From Candidatus Sulfotelmatobacter sp. (GTDB lineage Bacteria; Acidobacteriota; Terriglobia; Terriglobales; Acidobacteriaceae), in assembly GCA_036490235.1 (NCBI GenBank), contig DASXEG010000134.1, positions 9,835 to 73,834 of the forward strand: a stretch of DNA of 64,000 nucleotides, in the 5' to 3' direction. Of this stretch, positions 59,655 to 64,000 are shown in pieces. A model generated the notes under the pieces. It was not told where the DNA came from. It saw only the letters and a list, made by a program, of their open reading frames with translations, and made no database searches. Each line of letters starts with the position of its first letter. Within the stretch, counting starts at the first letter, position 1. Made by a program: the position numbers and the translations under genes.

Positions 59655-62600
59655 TCAAGACAGAGTTTTTTCCAAGATCTGCATAACTTTCGGTTTGATT
59701 ACCTCGATATCTACTTCTCCCCTTAAGAACTGGTACACGACCTCGATCAGGACTTCGCCGAGCAAGCCTTGAACAGCGGAAGCCGACCCTGTTCCAGCGC
59801 GCCACTGTTTGCCAATGTCTTCTCGGCAGATCACAAACGTTGGATCGTCTTTTCCAGGTTTGGAAGGTCTAGTTACGGCACAGATTGTGAAGTCTGGAGG
59901 AAAATAAGAAATCATGTCTTTAGGCATTGACTCGATGTTGCCGACGTAAATGTCGAGCTCACGCCTCGGAAGCTCTGGTACGGAAAGCATCTGAGCAATG
60001 CTTTGCTCGAAACCCTTGAAAAACATTGCAAGCAAAGCTGAAGCTGTGAAAGTGTCGATACGACCATCTAGACACGTAATCGTGACGAGGGCGGGCTTAC
60101 GCAGATTGAGGCCGACGACCCAGGATGAACCCTCTTGTTTAAACCTAAAGTGAAGCCCACTAATTCGGTCCTGTATTTTGTCACCAAGTTGCACCAAATG
60201 GCGAAGAGCCAAGCCGTCCTCAGGAATGCTAGCCAAAAGCTGCATCGCTGGGAAAAGAATCCTCGAAGCCTCTGCATCCTTAGTTTGAGCTGAAAGCTGC
60301 TTCAGAACACGCCCGAATAGAAAACGCGCCACAGGCTGCGGGAGATCTGCAAACATGAATCGGAAGTGCAGTCCGAAAAGCCTAATGGCATGGTCACTGT
60401 GAACATTCCCTAACATGATGTCGATGCAATCAAACAACTGCTCTGTGGCGGGCTTCTTCGCAGCGGCTGTCAGGCCGTAAGCCAGATTGATGCAACCGAT
60501 GTATTTGTCGGGGCCCAAATTCTCGTAGACACATGTCGAGAGCGCATCCACAGTCAGCCTGGATTTTTCCTTGATATCCGTCGAAGCGGCAGCAGCCTTA
60601 GCGTAGGATTCTGCTGCGTTGTCCCACGATCTCGCTGAATAGTGACAGTCTCCGACTTCTTCAAGAGCATCGGCCAGCCCAGTTGAGGCAATGGAGCCCT
60701 CTAGGAGAGCGACAGCAACCTTGGCATGTTCTAGCGCCAAACGATTGTTGCCCTGCGTGCGATATATACCTGCAGTGAGTCTGGCAGCAGATGCCTCGAG
60801 GCTCTTGTCGCTAGACCTACGACCGAGATCTCCAGCTGCAGCGTACTCTGTGATCGCTGCATCCAGTTCGCGTTTGTCTCTGAGCACGTTCCCAACATTT
60901 AGACGATTAATGCCAGCCAGGTTGAGGTCTCCGAGTTCCTCTCCAATTTGCACTGCCTCACGACCATAGGAAAGTGCTTCCTGGAACTGTTTCTTGCGTC
61001 GCAGGGTCCGCACCATGTAGTTGCACAACCAGGCTCTCTCACGCTGGTCCCCTGACTCCTGCTGCTGCTCCTGAAGCTTTTCGATCAGCACTATTGCTTC
61101 CGTTTCTCTGCCGGGGGTCTCTGCCAATGCCGACGCCATATTTCGAATAGAGACGGACACGCCGTAAACGTCTCCGAGATTTTCGAAAATCTTCAGTCCT
61201 CGTTCGGATACAGCGAGAGCCTCTGGAAATCTCTTCGTCCGGGTAAACAATACACTCAACTCAGTCGTTAAACGTCCAGCAGACCAACGGTCTCCAGTTG
61301 CTAAGTATTCCTGTTCTAGTTTCTGCAACATCTCAAGGTATTCAAGGGACAGGGTTGATTTGGCTAAATAGATTGCGCGTACTTCACGTGCACGCAAATT
61401 CAGGATTGGATCACCAGAGCTACTGGCGACCCCATCAACCTCGGCAAAGACAGCGTCCAGCTCCGAAGTCCGACCTGTGTGGTGCAGCGCGTGGGCCCGG
61501 GAAAGAAGCAGAGTCATCAAATCCTGGGGATCCGACTTTTTCCGTGCACTCTCCAGAATGTCATCAACAATGACAAGCTGTGACTTAAAGTCGCCTCTTC
61601 TCTGGGCATCAAACAGTGCGAGGCGCGAGATCGACTTCGCAGCAGACTTGTCTGCCTCGCGAAGAACAAGAAATGCGTGGAGATAGTCGCCACGCGCTCT
61701 TAGAAGTGTTGCGACACGGCCACTGTAATATGCAAATTTACTCGGGCTTGTGGACAGCTGCTCTCGAATCGTGAGTCTCTGGTGTTCATGTCGGAGCGCA
61801 TAGCCATTGGGGAACTCCGCGACGAAGACTTGAGCTCGTTGTAGCGTATCCGTCATTTCTTCAAGGGGCCCGCCACCCTGTCCCACCAATCCAACTAGCT
61901 CTACAAGAGAGATTCGTTGATTGGCTATAGCCAGATACGAGGCCAGTTCGCGAGCTAAGGGCTCCAGCTTGCGCCAAGCGTCTAATTCATACTCGCGAAA
62001 ACTCTTTTCAGAAGCGACTTCGGGCGATTGAGAAAAATACAGAAGATATAACGGATTGCCCGCGGACTTCTTATAGATCTCCTCTAGTTCTTCCCCTGAC
62101 AGTTCCTTGCCATGGCTCGTCAAGAACTCCGTTGCCTCCGAGAAAGAGAGACCAGGAACCGTAAAACGTGTGTGTCCAAATCGCGCATCTGCAATCCTGA
62201 TGCTGTAGATCAATCTTTTCGTTTTGCTAGCAGGCCCAGCATTTTTGAGAAAAGCTGCCACGAACTCGGGGTCCGAACAATCGTCGATCACTAATGTGAA
62301 AGTCTCGGCGGTTCGCCATTCTTCCAGGAGAGCTGAAAATGCGCTGGTTGCGTCGGCGAAATACCGCGTGTTGGCGCCTCTTGCGGAAGCCAATTTGTTG
62401 GTGACCACAGCTGCAAGCTCATGATTGTCCAGCTGGGTTGCGCTTACGAAAAGAAAACCATTGTCCTTCGCAACTGTGGCTAGAAATACGGTTTTACCTA
62501 TTCCCAGTTCCCCAGAGACCTGGAGAACGTGGTCGGACGAAAGTTGCTCCAGCAAGAGGTCAGCGAGTTTCTTGCGCATCAGTAACGACTTCGGGGCTGG

Positions 62601-63122
62601 AATAAGACCCGATACAGCTGCAGCTGCATCTGTGTGGACTATGGCTTCTAGACGCTCTGCTTCGTGAAAGCGCTCGGTGACTTCGGCTTCAATATCTTCA
62701 CGAATCCTCTCATAGAGTTCCTCAGGGTTGCGATACCTAGAATATGTAATCTCCGATTGCACTTCCTTCAACATCGCGGACAATCGCGGATCTCGATCCT
62801 GGGCAGGATCAAGCACGTAGACGAGTCGAGGCATTCCCCTTTGACTCGAGCGGCGCAACTCGTCTTCGATCCCGGAGATTGCTGCTCCAGGTGCTACCCA
62901 GCCGTACCCATTCCGGTAGATGCTTATGAAAATGTCAGACTGGTCTAATTTCCCTAGATATAGCGCTCTTGGTGACACTGATCGAGCGCCGATGTGCTCG
63001 AATAGAATTGCGTCGTGATTGAGGGACTCGATTGCGCGCTTTGCCGCGGAACGCTCGGCCGCGCACTCTCCGATAGTCGAACTCACGAAAATTTGCAGCT
63101 TCTCCTGAATCCGTTCAGACAT
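59655..63122 (-). CDS. DUF4062 / P-loop STAND NTPase / TPR-repeat protein with unassigned C-terminal domain (1155 aa)
   Basis: aa 8-105 match the DUF4062 pattern (LQIFVSSTIGECAAERSAAKRAIESLNHDAILFEHIGAR...SDIFISIYRNGYGWV...ISGIEDELRR...PRLVYVLD). Walker A GELGIGKT is at aa 204-211 (nt 62490-62513). Walker B TFTLVIDD is at aa 274-281. A GNPLYL motif follows as in NB-ARC/STAND. aa ~600-880 are TPR-like helical repeats. The last ~280 aa have no motif I recognise. Confidence 0.8.
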   Translation of the reverse strand: MSERIQEKLQIFVSSTIGECAAERSAAKRAIESLNHDAILFEHIGARSVSPRALYLGKLDQSDIFISIYRNGYGWVAPGAAISGIEDELRRSSQRGMPRLVYVLDPAQDRDPRLSAMLKEVQSEITYSRYRNPEELYERIREDIEAEVTERFHEAERLEAIVHTDAAAAVSGLIPAPKSLLMRKKLADLLLEQLSSDHVLQVSGELGIGKTVFLATVAKDNGFLFVSATQLDNHELAAVVTNKLASARGANTRYFADATSAFSALLEEWRTAETFTLVIDDCSDPEFVAAFLKNAGPASKTKRLIYSIRIADARFGHTRFTVPGLSFSEATEFLTSHGKELSGEELEEIYKKSAGNPLYLLYFSQSPEVASEKSFREYELDAWRKLEPLARELASYLAIANQRISLVELVGLVGQGGGPLEEMTDTLQRAQVFVAEFPNGYALRHEHQRLTIREQLSTSPSKFAYYSGRVATLLRARGDYLHAFLVLREADKSAAKSISRLALFDAQRRGDFKSQLVIVDDILESARKKSDPQDLMTLLLSRAHALHHTGRTSELDAVFAEVDGVASSSGDPILNLRAREVRAIYLAKSTLSLEYLEMLQKLEQEYLATGDRWSAGRLTTELSVLFTRTKRFPEALAVSERGLKIFENLGDVYGVSVSIRNMASALAETPGRETEAIVLIEKLQEQQQESGDQRERAWLCNYMVRTLRRKKQFQEALSYGREAVQIGEELGDLNLAGINRLNVGNVLRDKRELDAAITEYAAAGDLGRRSSDKSLEASAARLTAGIYRTQGNNRLALEHAKVAVALLEGSIASTGLADALEEVGDCHYSARSWDNAAESYAKAAAASTDIKEKSRLTVDALSTCVYENLGPDKYIGCINLAYGLTAAAKKPATEQLFDCIDIMLGNVHSDHAIRLFGLHFRFMFADLPQPVARFLFGRVLKQLSAQTKDAEASRILFPAMQLLASIPEDGLALRHLVQLGDKIQDRISGLHFRFKQEGSSWVVGLNLRKPALVTITCLDGRIDTFTASALLAMFFKGFEQSIAQMLSVPELPRRELDIYVGNIESMPKDMISYFPPDFTICAVTRPSKPGKDDPTFVICREDIGKQWRAGTGSASAVQGLLGEVLIEVVYQFLRGEVDIEVIKPKVMQILEKTLS

Positions 63123-63999
63123 TCAATGGCTCCAGAAGATTTAGCTGCGCGAGTTTCCTTTGAAGGTTATCCAGATCTAGCGATGAGATCGTCTGTCGCT
63201 CTGCTTCCAGCAGGGCAATTGCATCCAGTTGTACCTGCGCGATTATTTGTTCTGTGGAGAATCTTGAGATTTCAGGCGTATCTGATCTCTCTTCTCGCCC
63301 TTCGAGTGCCTTCGTTACTCCACTGGTTAATTCTTCCGCAGTTAGGTTAGGGTAGAAAAGCAAGCCATCGAATAGAGATGCACTCAGAAGCAAGTTGCAT
63401 GCTGCTTGTTTGACCTGCCATTCTTTGACGCCCCTCGATTGCAACACATTCATCATTCCTGCGTACCTCCCAGCCCGGATACGTTCAATCGTTACCGGGA
63501 AGTATCGTTCAAGCATCCTAGTTCTATGTCGGAAGTATTCCTCGGGTTGCTGGGGTTCCGGGGCGGGCAGAGACGAAAGAAAATCTCTCTTCTGGTGCTT
63601 TCTGATAGGCTCCGAATTCGGTTTGTTCCGGAGCAACGAGTAGAAGCTGGTGCCCGGCAAGATGGCATCCTCATCAAGGAAGTCCGCTTCGAACTTTAGA
63701 ACTGGAGCAACTTCATCCAAAGGATCAATGTTGTTAGGCGCTGGCGTACTAGGAGTTTCTAGCACGGCCGCACCCAGCAAAAACGGGGAGATCAAGAAAG
63801 CTTGCTTGTATTGCCGTAGTTCTTCAAGGGCTGGGTGGCGGGTGTCAAACTGTTTGATATAGCTTCCCCCAAATAGGATCGTAGAGTAAATGCGATCTGA
63901 TCCTGTGAGATCATGAGTTGTCCTACTTGGCTCCCGCTCGATGCACAGTAAGTAGCCACCATCCTTTAGGAAGATAAATGTGAGCTTAACTGCATCCCC
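63115..63999 (-). CDS. Hypothetical protein, 5'-truncated by the window edge (first visible gene of the island operon)
   Basis: My manual translation shows the frame of ORF 63115..63795 stays open from 63796 to 63999 (GDAVKLTFIFLKDGGYLLCIEREPSRTTHDLTGSDRIYSTILFGGSYIKQFDTRHPALEELRQYKQAF then LISPF...). The listed start at 63795 is a TTG. Its stop TGA (63115-63117) overlaps the ATG (63120-63122) of the next gene as ATGTCTGA. Confidence 0.65.
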   Translation of the reverse strand, partial: GDAVKLTFIFLKDGGYLLCIEREPSRTTHDLTGSDRIYSTILFGGSYIKQFDTRHPALEELRQYKQAFLISPFLLGAAVLETPSTPAPNNIDPLDEVAPVLKFEADFLDEDAILPGTSFYSLLRNKPNSEPIRKHQKRDFLSSLPAPEPQQPEEYFRHRTRMLERYFPVTIERIRAGRYAGMMNVLQSRGVKEWQVKQAACNLLLSASLFDGLLFYPNLTAEELTSGVTKALEGREERSDTPEISRFSTEQIIAQVQLDAIALLEAERQTISSLDLDNLQRKLAQLNLLEPLNV

Positions 64000-64000
64000 G

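Larger units (their letters stand above)
57602..64000. other. Putative horizontally acquired island abutting the tRNA-Phe 3' end (continues beyond the window)
   Basis: GC drops in hand-counted 60-nt lines (42%, 50%, 50% inside; 55% and 58% in core lines at 30001 and 9001). All genes are hypothetical or conflict-system-like. An A-rich tract and a tgttccaa direct repeat sit right after the tRNA. No integrase is present within the window. Confidence 0.55.

Noticed and set aside
59655-60500. PD-(D/E)xK nuclease motif in the C-terminal domain of the STAND protein
   Set aside because: The only candidate (ELDIYVGNIESMPK) has E-x3-K spacing rather than (D/E)-x-K and lacks supporting context. The domain is left unassigned.
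1-64000. CRISPR arrays, IS elements or transposases, integrases, prophage genes, rRNA
   Set aside because: I saw no regularly spaced direct repeats. No ORF has transposase DDE/HTH, tyrosine-recombinase (R..H..R..Y) or phage structural signatures. The island therefore cannot be called an integrative element from this window alone.

Overview
This is a 64-kb stretch of bacterial chromosome. Gene content (many carboxypeptidase-regulatory-like and TPR secreted proteins, a DUF1111 di-haem protein, acidobacterial-style pilin-like domains) suggests Acidobacteriota; that is inference only. No searches were run. All product calls rest on motifs I recognise in the supplied translations and on manual reading of the DNA. 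From 1 to about 57.6 kb the window is mostly ordinary core genome. It holds a Dpp/Opp-type ABC operon, an S8 protease, RimO, YacG, PgpA, CinA, ThpR, PlsY-GpsA, FtsY, RibD-RibE, MobA, prepilin peptidase, UvrC and HutI. It also holds several c-di-GMP proteins, many secreted or lipoprotein hypotheticals, tRNA-Arg(CCT), tRNA-Phe(GAA) and an SRP (4.5S-type) RNA. The most interesting part starts exactly at the 3' end of tRNA-Phe (57601). From there to the window edge, GC drops to about 42-50% in hand-counted 60-nt lines, against about 55-58% elsewhere. This region carries a tightly packed minus-strand operon of at least three genes. The first is an unknown protein whose frame runs off the window. 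The second is a 1155-aa DUF4062 / P-loop STAND NTPase / TPR protein with an unassignable C-terminal domain. The third is a DUF2971 protein with a CxxC...CxxC tail. I regard this as a candidate uncharacterised NLR-like (STAND) conflict/defence system. Secondary observations are an in-frame insertion in uvrC carrying a GTCATCCTGAGCGAAGCGAAGG-type repeat core, a tandem pair of large secreted paralogs next to tRNA-Arg, and SVVWG tandem repeats at the C-terminus of the S8 protease. No CRISPR array, transposase, integrase or rRNA was seen.
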